A DNA stretch of 64,000 bases from Patescibacteria group bacterium (GCA_013387205.1 WARV01000010.1:765-64764), one strand, 5' to 3'. Counted from the first letter of the stretch, positions 37,641 through 46,650 are shown. Translations and numbers: made by a program. The notes: a model not told the origin generated them from the sequence alone.

Positions 37641-37808
37641 TTTAGTATTGATTAGTCTTCTTAATTGCCGTTTAAAGGCTTAAATTGCTTTTGTGGGATG
37701 GGTTTTCGGCCTTTTTGTATCTTTTAGTGGCGATAAAAAACCCGCCCTCCCTAAGCTGTTTTTAGCTCTCAGTTGTGGTTTTTATTTAGATTTCTTAAAA
37801 AACCTTTT

Positions 37809-37855
37809 CTACCATATATGGTAGATACCTTAAATATCATAATACTACATATAGT
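37809..37855. promoter_or_regulatory. candidate tandem NrdR boxes
   Basis: Perfect 16 bp palindrome ctaccatatatggtag and a second imperfect ACTACATATAGT; centres 33 bp apart. Confidence 0.45.
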
Positions 37856-37982
37856 TTTGGTCAAAACTTTAAAAAACTCCAATGTTTTAAATATTTATCC
37901 CTCTTCTCCCCCCACGATATCCACAGAAAAATTATTACAACATAAAAAGCCGCCGCGTTCCCCTCCTAAGAAACGCGGGCGG

Positions 37983-38969
37983 CTACCATCCCCAATTAAG
38001 TTGATGGACTCTTTGCCCTAAGGCATCAAACTTTTCCAGCAGTGCATAAGGCAGGGTTTCTTTTATGGCAAAACCCATATAACCTTTTGCCGCCTGCCAA
38101 GCATGGTCATGTTCCAGCCCGTGGTCCAACATGTACTCTAAATGATGCAAAGACTTTCTTAGCGTACGCTTGAACCGTTTGGTATTTGAGATGCTATCCG
38201 AAACGATGTTTAATCCTAACATGCGGCACATGCCGCCATGGCTTATTTGCCGAATCTTATGGACATCAAACATCTTTTTTACTTCTGACAGGATTCCGGC
38301 TCTGGCAAATTTCGGAAATTCCGGTTCCTGGCTACTGAAAAACAAATTATCAGCGTATCGGTTATAGACCAAACAATGCCTGTCCGCCCAGGTTTGCAGT
38401 TTATCATCAAGCGGAGAAAAGCAAAGCTCAAACAAACGAGGACTGGTACAGGCTCCCTGCGGCAATTTGCCACCGCAAGAAAACCATTCCATCCCGGAGG
38501 CATAGGCGCGGGATATGTCACCGACGGTACAAAGATCGGCAATCATCCAAGAACAATAAAACGAAAGCTTGGGCGCGCCGAGCCCATAAACAGCTTTAAA
38601 AACTTGGTTATGGCTGATGGATGAAAAAGCATGCCTTAAATCGAAGCACAGCATCGATTTAAATCCCTTATGGCTTGCCACGGCCTGCCTGCAACTCCCA
38701 CCCATAAACCCAAAACTTTGTATGCTGCTGCAAAACTTTGACAAAATGCTCTTGTTCACCGTATCTTGCACAGCCTTCAGTTCCTTGTTAGGAACAAATA
38801 TTGGCCTTGTGGTTCCATCCTTGTTTGTCTTTTCCCACTTCTTGTAATACAAATGGTGTTTGTTCTGTCTAAGGTTGCCGATAAGGTAATAGAGATTAAA
38901 CTCTTCACTCAGTTTCAGCTTGCCATGTAGCCATGGCAAAGTAAAAACCACTTCACGCTGCTCAAACAT
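37983..38969 (-). CDS. reverse transcriptase, compact (RT domains only; retron/DRT-like)
   Basis: RT blocks present: RPIFVPNKELKAVQD, FDLRHAFSSISHN, LPQGACTSPRLFELCF, YNRYADNLFF (YADN rather than YADD), and a retron-like RMLGLNIV. The start is likely the second ATG (MFEQ), which has an AAGGAGG RBS. GC is above local background. Confidence 0.85.
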   Translation of the reverse strand: MFEQREVVFTLPWLHGKLKLSEEFNLYYLIGNLRQNKHHLYYKKWEKTNKDGTTRPIFVPNKELKAVQDTVNKSILSKFCSSIQSFGFMGGSCRQAVASHKGFKSMLCFDLRHAFSSISHNQVFKAVYGLGAPKLSFYCSWMIADLCTVGDISRAYASGMEWFSCGGKLPQGACTSPRLFELCFSPLDDKLQTWADRHCLVYNRYADNLFFSSQEPEFPKFARAGILSEVKKMFDVHKIRQISHGGMCRMLGLNIVSDSISNTKRFKRTLRKSLHHLEYMLDHGLEHDHAWQAAKGYMGFAIKETLPYALLEKFDALGQRVHQLNWGW

Positions 38970-38990
38970 GGAAAGCCTCCTTAAAATTTT

Positions 38991-39109
38991 TTCTGCCGCC
39001 AATCATGCGTTAGAAGAAAAGTAATCGCATACAACTGACGACTGCCAGAGTTCTGACAGCCGGTCCGGACCAACCTAGCGTATGGCTGGACATGTTGACT
39101 GGCGGCAGA
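38991..39109 (-). ncRNA. candidate RT-associated ncRNA (retron msr/msd-like or DRT-like) bracketed by 11 bp inverted repeats
   Basis: ttctgccgcca at 38991..39001 is the reverse complement of tggcggcagaa at 39099..39109. On the RNA, the first repeat is followed immediately by G. The transcript would start at the first repeat from the promoter at 39116..39144. Confidence 0.35.
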
Positions 39110-39115
39110 AGTCTT

Positions 39116-39144
39116 AGTATATAACTTTGAATTAACAATTTCAA
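39116..39144 (-). promoter_or_regulatory. consensus sigma70 promoter TTGAAA-17-TATACT driving the RT leader
   Basis: Read on the minus strand: -35 at 39144..39139 and -10 at 39121..39116. Confidence 0.5.
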
Positions 39145-39212
39145 GGGTGATATCCAAAACAAAAACCTCCGGGGGCACAGCCGGAGGTTTAAAGATATGC
39201 GTACTTTTAATT

Positions 39213-39650
39213 CTATTCTATCAGCATGGAATATAATTTATCCAAACTGAATTTTACGGGAGCCTTTTTTTCGGTGTAGGCTCCGGCTACAGCCGGCCCC
39301 TGGGGCACTGACTGGTAGCTTGCCGGCTCAACAAACTTTTGAAGCCCGGCTATTGCCACTATTGACTCCGAGCTGTTGTCCATGACCCAGCTAGCATTGT
39401 CCTTATACATGGCGTAGTCCGCTTTAACCGGCTCAAACAAATTCATAGCCAAAAAGTTGCTATATGAATTTGCGGCGCTGTCGATTACTGCCACGACTTT
39501 TTCCGGGGCAAACGGGTTAGGCAGCTGGTTTTCCATTCCGGCAAAACTGGCATTGCTCGCTGAAGCTCCGAGCAAGAAGAACATGGAAAACAACGCGACG
39601 CCGGCTAATGACATAACCTTAGCCGGAGTTTCTTCTGTTAAAAATTTCAT
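39213..39650 (-). CDS. secreted hypothetical protein (signal peptide)
   Basis: 145 aa; N-terminal signal-like segment MSLAGVALFSMFFLLGASASNASFA. Confidence 0.4.
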   Translation of the reverse strand: MKFLTEETPAKVMSLAGVALFSMFFLLGASASNASFAGMENQLPNPFAPEKVVAVIDSAANSYSNFLAMNLFEPVKADYAMYKDNASWVMDNSSESIVAIAGLQKFVEPASYQSVPQGPAVAGAYTEKKAPVKFSLDKLYSMLIE

Positions 39651-40032
39651 AATTTACTTTTTCCTTGCGACAAGAAAAACTTTCCCTCCTGCCCTGGCAA
39701 CCCCTCCACGCCCTGCCATTTAATTCGATCCTAATATCCCATCAGTATCGAAATAGCAAGGAGAAGTGTTTGCGCACGCACTCCTTAAGTAGCCAACGCA
39801 AAAAAAGCTTAACTTATCTCTATTTAATTGTATTTTGGTTTTCTTGCCCCCACACCAACTGCCGATAAACGCTAAGCTTATCGGATACTCACCGATTATA
39901 ACCAGTCTTGATGCATATCAATACTGATAGAGAATTGGTGTGGGGGTGAATTTTTTGTTTCTAATTCGATTTTTCATTGCTATTTTTGCAATGAATCGAC
40001 CTTTATTAAATCTATATATATTATAGCACAAA
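39651..40032 (-). promoter_or_regulatory. about 350 nt structured 5' leader of 39213..39650 with an extended -10 promoter TGCTATAAT at 40020..40032
   Basis: Contains a long hairpin (gcccccacaccaa...ttggtgtggggg) enclosing two inner hairpins, plus G-rich repeats before the RBS. Confidence 0.4.
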
Positions 40033-40034
40033 AT

Positions 40035-40068
40035 AAAAATTTCCGCAAGAGGCGGAAATTTTTTATAT
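40035..40068 (-). terminator. ftsZ rho-independent terminator
   Basis: Hairpin aaatttccgcc-tctt-gcggaaattt followed by a T-run on the minus strand. Confidence 0.6.
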
Positions 40069-40108
40069 TAATATTTGCGTAATCCGCGACATCTGCGCAT
40101 CTGCGAAT

Positions 40109-41296
40109 TTATTTCATTTTCTTTCTTATGAACGCAGGAATATCAAGTTCGTCTTCAGCCTGCTCTTCCGCTTTCACGGTTTCAATCGGCATTACCGGAG
40201 CAACGGGTTTTGGGTTAAACAAAGGCTTCCTGATTTCCATGGCCGGGTTAGCAGCCTGGTGGACTTTCTGTTCCACTTGCGGCCTCTTCTGCTCTTCAGG
40301 GAACATTGCTTGAATGGGAGTCGGCCTCTTGTTGCCTTCGTCAAACCCGGTGGCAATGACAGTAATACGCACGTCGTCGCCCATCTCTTCGTCAATGACT
40401 GCACCAAACTTGACCTTGGCATCTGGATCGATATTTTTGGTAATGACTTTGGCGGCTTCGTCGATTTCAAACATGCCCAAGTTGGGTCCGCCGGTGATAT
40501 TGAACAGCACACCCTTTGCTCCATCGATAGTCAATTCAAGCAAAGGAGAATTAATGGCAGCCCTGGCCGCATCCTGCGCCCTGTTCTCGCCGCTGGCCCT
40601 GCCAATTCCCATGAGCGCGGTACCCGCGTCTTGCATTATACTGCGCACGTCCGCGAAGTCCGCGTTCACTATTCCGTGGGTGGTAATCAAATCGGAAATT
40701 CCGGAAATGCCCTGGCGCAATACTTCATCAACCGTCTTAAAGGCATCAACCAAAGAAGTCTTCTTGTCGATTATTTGTAAGATGCGGTCGTTATGAATAG
40801 AAATTATCGCATCGACTTTATCTTTTAAATTATCGTACCCGGTTTCGGCAATTTCTTTTCTCTTGCTGCCTTCAAAGGTAAACGGCTTGGTGACGACCGC
40901 GACAGTTAAAATGCCTTTGTTCTTAGCCAACTCGGCGACAATAGGTGCGGCTCCGGTTCCGGTCCCCCCGCCCAGCCCGCAAGTGATGAAAATCATGTCA
41001 GCGTTATCAATGACTTCTTCCAGTTCTTCCACCGATTCTTCAGCAGCCTGGCGCCCGAGTTCCGGATTCATGCCGCTGCCTAAGCCCTTGGTAATGCTTT
41101 TTCCAATGTGAACTTTGCGGTCGGACTGGTTGTTGTGCAAAGCCTGGGCATCCGTATTGACAGCAATAAACTCCACGCCTTTAATTCCCAATTCAGTCAT
41201 CCTGTTGACAGCGTTGGTGCCAGATCCTCCGATTCCGAAAATCTTTATTCTGGCAAAAGTTTCGATTTTTGGTTTCACTTCCATAAGTTTCTTCAT
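40109..41296 (-). CDS. ftsZ: cell division protein FtsZ
   Basis: Tubulin signature GGGTGTGAAPIVA and FGIGGSGTNAVNRM. Confidence 0.95.
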   Translation of the reverse strand: MKKLMEVKPKIETFARIKIFGIGGSGTNAVNRMTELGIKGVEFIAVNTDAQALHNNQSDRKVHIGKSITKGLGSGMNPELGRQAAEESVEELEEVIDNADMIFITCGLGGGTGTGAAPIVAELAKNKGILTVAVVTKPFTFEGSKRKEIAETGYDNLKDKVDAIISIHNDRILQIIDKKTSLVDAFKTVDEVLRQGISGISDLITTHGIVNADFADVRSIMQDAGTALMGIGRASGENRAQDAARAAINSPLLELTIDGAKGVLFNITGGPNLGMFEIDEAAKVITKNIDPDAKVKFGAVIDEEMGDDVRITVIATGFDEGNKRPTPIQAMFPEEQKRPQVEQKVHQAANPAMEIRKPLFNPKPVAPVMPIETVKAEEQAEDELDIPAFIRKKMK

Positions 41297-41371
41297 TCTG
41301 GTTAAAAATTTAAAGCTTAATTAAGGCGGGCCGGTGGAAAAAATATTGCATACCAGGCCTTTTGTGTCTGC

Positions 41372-41400
41372 ATTATAGCACAAAACCATTATAGCACAAA
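41372..41400 (-). promoter_or_regulatory. two tandem extended -10 promoters (TTTGTGCTATAAT x2) upstream of ftsZ
   Basis: Motif attatagcacaaa on the plus strand at 41372..41384 and 41388..41400; a third copy at 40020..40032. Confidence 0.45.
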
Positions 41401-41479
41401 CCCTGGTTTTGTCATCCCAAAGATTGTCCTAGAAGCAGTCTTGAAAATTAAAAACCCCTCGGCTTGAGGGGTTAAAAAT

Positions 41480-42730
41480 TTATGGCAGGAATGATTTAAA
41501 CCATTTGCGGATTTTTGCCACGTTTTCGTTATCCAGTATTCCTTTGACCATGCCGCCAAACTTGGCATCGGCAAATCCCGAAGAAGCTTTGCTGCCCCAC
41601 AAGACCAATCCGGCTGCCGTGGCAAATGTCGGGTCATCGACCCGGTCTATTATAGTGTCAATATTTTGCGGATGGCCGATTATGGTCGGCAGGCGCAAAT
41701 GCTTTTTGGAAAAATCAACAATCCCCGGAAGTTTGCTGCCTCCTCCGGTCAAAACAATTCCCGAAGGAAGCTTGCCGTCGCGGTTGATTTTTTTAAGTTC
41801 CGACAGTACGTGGTCGAAAATTTCTTCAAGCCTAGCTTCGATAATTTCTACCACATAGTTGCGCATGGTAATTTCTTCTTCGCCCGTATCAATTTTTGAA
41901 AGATCAATTTCTTCGCCCTTTGCTACAGCTTTAGGATCTGCGTGGCCAAAAAGCAACTTCACTTTTTCCGCAGTCTCAATGCTGCACCTCAGGCCAATGG
42001 CAATGTCGTTTGTTATGTGCATGCTGCCAATGGGCAAAACTGCGGTATGCAGCAAATCCCCTTCTTCATAAACTGCGACTGAAGTCGTGCCCGCGCCCAA
42101 ATCCACCAAAGCCACGCCTAAATCTTTTTGGCGTTTGTTCAAAACGCTTTCGGCCGAAGCGCACGAAGACAAAACCAAATCATCTATTTCGAGTCCCGCC
42201 TGCATGACCGCTCTGCTCAAATTGCGGATAAACGGCAGTCCCGCCTGTACGATTATGGTATCCACTTCCAATCTTATACCGCTCATGGCCAGCGGGTCTT
42301 TAATGCCGGTCTGGCCGTCGAGCGTAAAAGTTTTTGGGAAAACATGCAAGACTTCGCGGTTGTTGGGAATGGAAATGGCCTGGGAAGCGTCGACAACCCT
42401 GACAATGTCGTTTTCGGAAATTTCCCCGTCCGCCCTGGAAACCGCAATCACCCCGTGCGAAGAAACGGAAGAGACATGACTGCCTCCTACGGAAATATTT
42501 GCCGAAACAACCGGCACTCCGGTCATCCTTTCAACTTTTTCCAGAGCTACGGAAATGCACGAGACTGCTTCTTCAATGTCAATAATCACGCCGCGGCGCA
42601 TGCCTGACGCAATCACCTCGCTGGCGCCGATTATGGAAAAACTTCCCTGCTCGGGCTGGAACTTTGCCTGCACGGCACGGATGTACTGCGTGCCGATATC
42701 AAGTCCTGTTATGTAGTGTTCTTTTGCCAT
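41480..42730 (-). CDS. ftsA: cell division protein FtsA
   Basis: Actin-like ATPase fold; ITGLDIGTQYIRAV and GGGSKLPGIVDF motifs. Confidence 0.9.
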   Translation of the reverse strand: MAKEHYITGLDIGTQYIRAVQAKFQPEQGSFSIIGASEVIASGMRRGVIIDIEEAVSCISVALEKVERMTGVPVVSANISVGGSHVSSVSSHGVIAVSRADGEISENDIVRVVDASQAISIPNNREVLHVFPKTFTLDGQTGIKDPLAMSGIRLEVDTIIVQAGLPFIRNLSRAVMQAGLEIDDLVLSSCASAESVLNKRQKDLGVALVDLGAGTTSVAVYEEGDLLHTAVLPIGSMHITNDIAIGLRCSIETAEKVKLLFGHADPKAVAKGEEIDLSKIDTGEEEITMRNYVVEIIEARLEEIFDHVLSELKKINRDGKLPSGIVLTGGGSKLPGIVDFSKKHLRLPTIIGHPQNIDTIIDRVDDPTFATAAGLVLWGSKASSGFADAKFGGMVKGILDNENVAKIRKWFKSFLP

Positions 42731-42740
42731 AAGGTATAAT

Positions 42741-42832
42741 CCTAATGCCCCGAATTAGTATCCGAATGCCCCAAATAATTTCTTCCCTTTTCGGGTCATT
42801 TGGATAGAATTCGTAGATTCGGATTATATTAT
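42741..42832 (-). promoter_or_regulatory. family D conserved structured 5' UTR element upstream of ftsA
   Basis: About 90 nt element (ccgaat words; hairpin ccaaatga...tcatttgg; ends aattaggattATG). About 85% identical to 61501..61591 upstream of the ABC permease. Confidence 0.5.
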
Positions 42833-43296
42833 TTTAGTTTTTCTTTCAGTATCTTGGCTAGCATTGCTCCATCGGCCAGCAGGCCGACCTTGGCTTTAAG
42901 CTTGCCCATTGCCGGCCCAAAATCTTTGGCCGTAAAATTGTTTTCCGCAATTTCCTTGTCGATAATTTCAGAAAGCTGCGCTTCGCTCATCTGCTGCGGC
43001 AAATACTGTTCCAAAATACCAGCCTCGGAAAGCTCCTTGGCTTCCAGTTCCGGCCTGCCGCCTTCTTTATAAGAAGCCGCCGCCTCTTTGCGGCGCTTAA
43101 CTTCTGACCTGACCAAAACAACAATATCAGATTCTTCCAAATCCTTTCGCCCTTTGGGTGATCCGCCTTTGGCGGACATCTTGGCAATTTTCTCGTTCGT
43201 TATCCGGGTTTTCAATGCGCGCAAAGTGTCCACCTTAAGCTGATCTTTAGCCTTAAGGGCGGCTGTTAAATCCTGTTCAATTTGGGACAATGAAAC
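42829..43296 (-). CDS. GatB/YqeY domain protein
   Basis: SQIEQDLTAALKAKDQLKVDTLRALKTRI...LADGAMLAKILKEKL is typical of YqeY. Confidence 0.7.
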   Translation of the reverse strand, partial: VSLSQIEQDLTAALKAKDQLKVDTLRALKTRITNEKIAKMSAKGGSPKGRKDLEESDIVVLVRSEVKRRKEAAASYKEGGRPELEAKELSEAGILEQYLPQQMSEAQLSEIIDKEIAENNFTAKDFGPAMGKLKAKVGLLADGAMLAKILKEKLK

Positions 43297-43381
43297 CATG
43301 AAAATTATCATAATGAAGTACGAATTAAGAATTATGAATGGGTTTAACCTTAATTCATAATTCCAGATTCATAATTCAATT

Positions 43382-43615
43382 TTATCTTCTGCCGTATTTT
43401 TTTACCGGCTTGCTGAATTTTTTAAATTCTTCTTTTTGCTGTTTGATCTGGGCACGCCTTCTAGCCGCGACTTTTTGCAAATTGCGGGATTTCGGAGCTT
43501 CAAAAAAGCGGATTCTGCGGGCGCGAACCAAGACGCCGCTCTGCTGGATTTTCCTGTTGAAACGGCGCAAAAGGCTTTCAAACGACTCGTTGTCTTTCTT
43601 TTTGACTTCTACCAT
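43382..43615 (-). CDS. rpsU: 30S ribosomal protein S21
   Basis: MVEVKKKDNESFESLLRRFNRKIQQSG...; RBS AAAGAGGTGA; the track ORF starts at an upstream GTG. Confidence 0.85.
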   Translation of the reverse strand: MVEVKKKDNESFESLLRRFNRKIQQSGVLVRARRIRFFEAPKSRNLQKVAARRRAQIKQQKEEFKKFSKPVKKYGRR

Positions 43616-43773
43616 TAATATCACCTCTTTCTTTAGTATAGACCACTGATACGCAGATAATCGCAGATTACACAGATGCAGTTATCTGCGTCATCAGTGC
43701 AAATCTGTGTATCTGCGGTCTTATTTCTTACCTAACTATAATATATTTCCCGATTTTGGTCAAACGGAACGAG

Positions 43774-43917
43774 AATTAACCTAATTATTCTAATTTCTAA
43801 TTAACCTAAACAAATCCCAATTTCTAACTACCCAATTTCCTAATTTCTGATATTTTAGTCATTGGTTATTAGTCATTGTTTAGACTAATTAGGTCAATTA
43901 GGAATTAGGTTAATTTA
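43774..43917. repeat. family B intergenic element
   Basis: Words ctaatta / taggtta; terminus motif cctaattgacctaattag. Confidence 0.6.
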
Positions 43918-43990
43918 CAAAATATTAATCAATAAAAAAGCCTGCCTTGTAAAGGCAGGCCTTAAAAACCTTCTTATGTTCTATGGAAGA

Positions 43991-44326
43991 CTACTCTCCC
44001 ATATTCTTGCCGCCCATCAGGTGCAAGTGTAAGTGCGGGATAACTTGTCCCCCATCACGCCCTACATTGAATACCAATTTATATCCGGTTTCCGAAACTC
44101 CGTACTTCACGCCCATATCCTTGGCTGTTAAAATCATCTTGCCGACCAAACCAGCCTGAGCAGGATCCAAGTGGCTGACAGAAATAATGTGCTGTTTGGG
44201 AATAACCAACAAATGAACAGGAGCTTTGGGCAAAATATCCTTAATAACAATTAAGTCCTGGTCTTCAAAAAGAATTTGGGATTCAATGGTCCTGTTGATG
44301 ATATTGCAAAATACGCAGTCTTCCAT
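43991..44326 (-). CDS. HIT family protein
   Basis: Histidine triad HLHLHLMGG. Confidence 0.85.
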   Translation of the reverse strand: MEDCVFCNIINRTIESQILFEDQDLIVIKDILPKAPVHLLVIPKQHIISVSHLDPAQAGLVGKMILTAKDMGVKYGVSETGYKLVFNVGRDGGQVIPHLHLHLMGGKNMGE

Positions 44327-44391
44327 GGAAGTTATGTTAATATTAATAGGTTCGTAATTATTTAATAATTATTTTTATTACAAAAATTGCA

Positions 44392-44542
44392 AATTCCTAA
44401 TTATTCTAATTGTTCTAATTGACCCCGGGTCAAGCCCGGGGCAGGCTCTAAATAATGTCTAATGACCCAATGTCTAAAATTTGGATATTAGGATTTAGGA
44501 TTTGTTTAGAAATTAGGTCAATTAGGTTAATTAGAAATTATC
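44392..44542. repeat. family B intergenic element with a GC hairpin core (ccccgggtcaagcccgggg)
   Basis: Read directly. Confidence 0.6.
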
Positions 44543-44591
44543 CCCGAAACAGCACATTTAAAGGTGAAAATTTACATCAACTTCAAACTCT

Positions 44592-45893
44592 TCACTTACC
44601 TAAACGCTTCTTCACTTCCTCTACTATTTTATCATAAGATATGATTTCCTGCATCCCGCTTTTCACGTCCCGCAAAATTACCATCTCATCCATAGCTTCT
44701 TTTTGTCCCATAATCAAGGCGATAGGCGCTTTAAAGTTTTCGGCCTGCTTAAGCTGGTTCTTAACTCCGCTCTGGCCGAAATGGTCGTAAACCAAAATTT
44801 TCTGGCCGGTCAAATCACGGAACAAGCGCAGGCTTTTTTTTGAGGCCAGTTCGCCCAAAGGAACCAAAAACACATCGCTCTTCTGTTCCCTGGTAACAAC
44901 GACTTTATTGGCTTCCAAAATTTCCTTTATTTTGGCCAGGCTGCCTGAAAATCCAAAACAGCAATAATTTTTTCCGCACAAATTCTGCATTAAGCCGTCA
45001 TGGTATCCTCCCTCGCCAAGCACCCTAGTTTCCCCTTTGTATTTATACTTGATAACGACATTGGTCTTGCTGCTGCCTTCTGGTCCGGCGTACAATGGAT
45101 TGAGTTGGTAAGGGATACCTAATTCATCCAGCGCTTCCAAAATGCTGGTAAAATGCTTGTGCGAATCCTGGTCCAGAAAATCCAAAATGGTCGGAGCCTC
45201 GGAAACCACGGCCTGGCAATCCAAACTATTGCAGCGGAAAACATTTAATACCCTGCCCTGCAAATGTTCGTTGCAATTATCGCAAAGCTCATACTTCTTG
45301 CCGGCCAAAAAATCCTGCAGCGTGTCCTGGTACGCTATCTGACATTCGTCTTTGCCGATATTGTTAATTTCCAAAGTCAAATCTGTAATCCCCAGAGATT
45401 GTAAAAATTCCCAAACCGCGCCTATTACCTGAGCTTCGGTCAAGTGGTTAAAATTCCCGAATACTTCAAAACCGAACTCGTAATCGCTGGCCAACTCCTG
45501 CGACTCGCCTACTTTTTTAACTGCCATCCCGCTATAAAACCATTTGCTTAAAGGCGAAACATCGAAAATTTTATGCTCATAATAAGCGCGCAATACTGAA
45601 GGAAGAATAGAAGAGCGCAGCGCTGCCTGACGGCCGCCTGCCTCGATAGTATGGAAACTGGCAGGCTTGCCCTGGCTGGCTTTGCTTATGTTTTCGTATA
45701 ACCTAGGATCTTCTAAAAGAGGGGTTTCTACCCTGGAAAAACCGTAAATTCGGGAAATTTTATTTAAGCGTTTTATTACCGCATCCCATAAAGAATCGGT
45801 TTCCGTTAAGACATCCGTCATCCCTTCCAGCCTGTAGACTTTTTTTAAAGCCGAATTAGAAGCGAAGGCGCTATTTTTTCTTGGTCTTCCCAT
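44592..45893 (-). CDS. hisS: histidyl-tRNA synthetase
   Basis: Class II motif-1-like region followed by a C-terminal anticodon-binding domain (VFLVPLGELASKKSLRLFRDL...IALIMGQKE). Confidence 0.8.
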   Translation of the reverse strand: MGRPRKNSAFASNSALKKVYRLEGMTDVLTETDSLWDAVIKRLNKISRIYGFSRVETPLLEDPRLYENISKASQGKPASFHTIEAGGRQAALRSSILPSVLRAYYEHKIFDVSPLSKWFYSGMAVKKVGESQELASDYEFGFEVFGNFNHLTEAQVIGAVWEFLQSLGITDLTLEINNIGKDECQIAYQDTLQDFLAGKKYELCDNCNEHLQGRVLNVFRCNSLDCQAVVSEAPTILDFLDQDSHKHFTSILEALDELGIPYQLNPLYAGPEGSSKTNVVIKYKYKGETRVLGEGGYHDGLMQNLCGKNYCCFGFSGSLAKIKEILEANKVVVTREQKSDVFLVPLGELASKKSLRLFRDLTGQKILVYDHFGQSGVKNQLKQAENFKAPIALIMGQKEAMDEMVILRDVKSGMQEIISYDKIVEEVKKRLGK

Positions 45894-45899
45894 AGATTT

Positions 45900-46045
45900 A
45901 TCAAATTCTAAATTCTAATATCTAAACTATAAACAATATTTAAACTCCAAATTTCAAAATTCAAAACTATAAAGTTTGGGAATTTGGATTTAGATATTTG
46001 AATTTGTTTAGAATTCAGGATTTAGAGTTTAGAAATTTTAATTTT
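45900..46045. repeat. family B-like variant element (aattctaaat / atttagaatt words)
   Basis: Imperfect inverted halves built from ttcaaaa / tttgaat words. Confidence 0.5.
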
Positions 46046-46047
46046 TT

Positions 46048-46650
46048 TTAAAAATTATACTGGGGCCTGGGAATTGTCCCGCTGTTCGGATAAACCCTTA
46101 CCCAAACCCGGCCTACTATATTATTGCCCGGCAGTATCCCCCAAACCCGCGAATCCGAGCTTCCAGTCCTGTTATCCCCGAGCACGTAATATTCATTGCT
46201 TCCCAGTTTGACCGTGTCTGACCGTCCTAAAGTTTCCGTCTGGCTGGTCAAATACGGCTCGCTTAAAACTTCCCCTTCGGGATGGGCCTGGTTGAAAATA
46301 ACAACATGTCCGCCTTGGATTTTTACGCTTTCTCCCGGCAAACCGATAATCCGTTTGATGAAGAATTGGGACGGATCTTTCGGGTACTTCAATACAATCA
46401 CATCCCCCCTCTGTGGAAGATTATTCCTGTAGCTGATCCGGTCAATAATCAAGTAATCCCTGTTGTGGAAATTCTGCAGCATGGACGATCCAGAAACCAC
46501 AAAAGGCTCGGCAATATAATACCTGAAAGGAATTATTATCACCAGGGCAATAACAAGAATTTTTACCAAGTCCCAAATAAAAATCCCGACAGCTTTTAAC
46601 TGCGAGGTTTCGTTGTCTGTTTTTTGGTTTTTATTTTCTTCGGATTCCAT
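46048..46650 (-). CDS. lepB: signal peptidase I
   Basis: Boxes GSSM (box B) and GDNRTGSSDSRVWG (box E). Confidence 0.85.
   Translation of the reverse strand: MESEENKNQKTDNETSQLKAVGIFIWDLVKILVIALVIIIPFRYYIAEPFVVSGSSMLQNFHNRDYLIIDRISYRNNLPQRGDVIVLKYPKDPSQFFIKRIIGLPGESVKIQGGHVVIFNQAHPEGEVLSEPYLTSQTETLGRSDTVKLGSNEYYVLGDNRTGSSDSRVWGILPGNNIVGRVWVRVYPNSGTIPRPQYNF

Noticed and set aside
37983-38969. DGR or group II intron origin for the RT
   Set aside because: The fingers motif is QGxxxSP, not the DGR-type motif. No template/variable repeat pair was seen. The protein lacks maturase/endonuclease domains and no intron domain V-like sequence flanks it.
39840-39955. Independent plus-strand sRNA ending in the gcccccacaccaa...ttggtgtggggg hairpin plus T-run
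   Set aside because: A minus-strand extended -10 promoter at 40020..40032 makes it more likely that this hairpin is part of the long 5' leader of gene 39213..39650. Plus-strand sRNA remains possible but is less supported.
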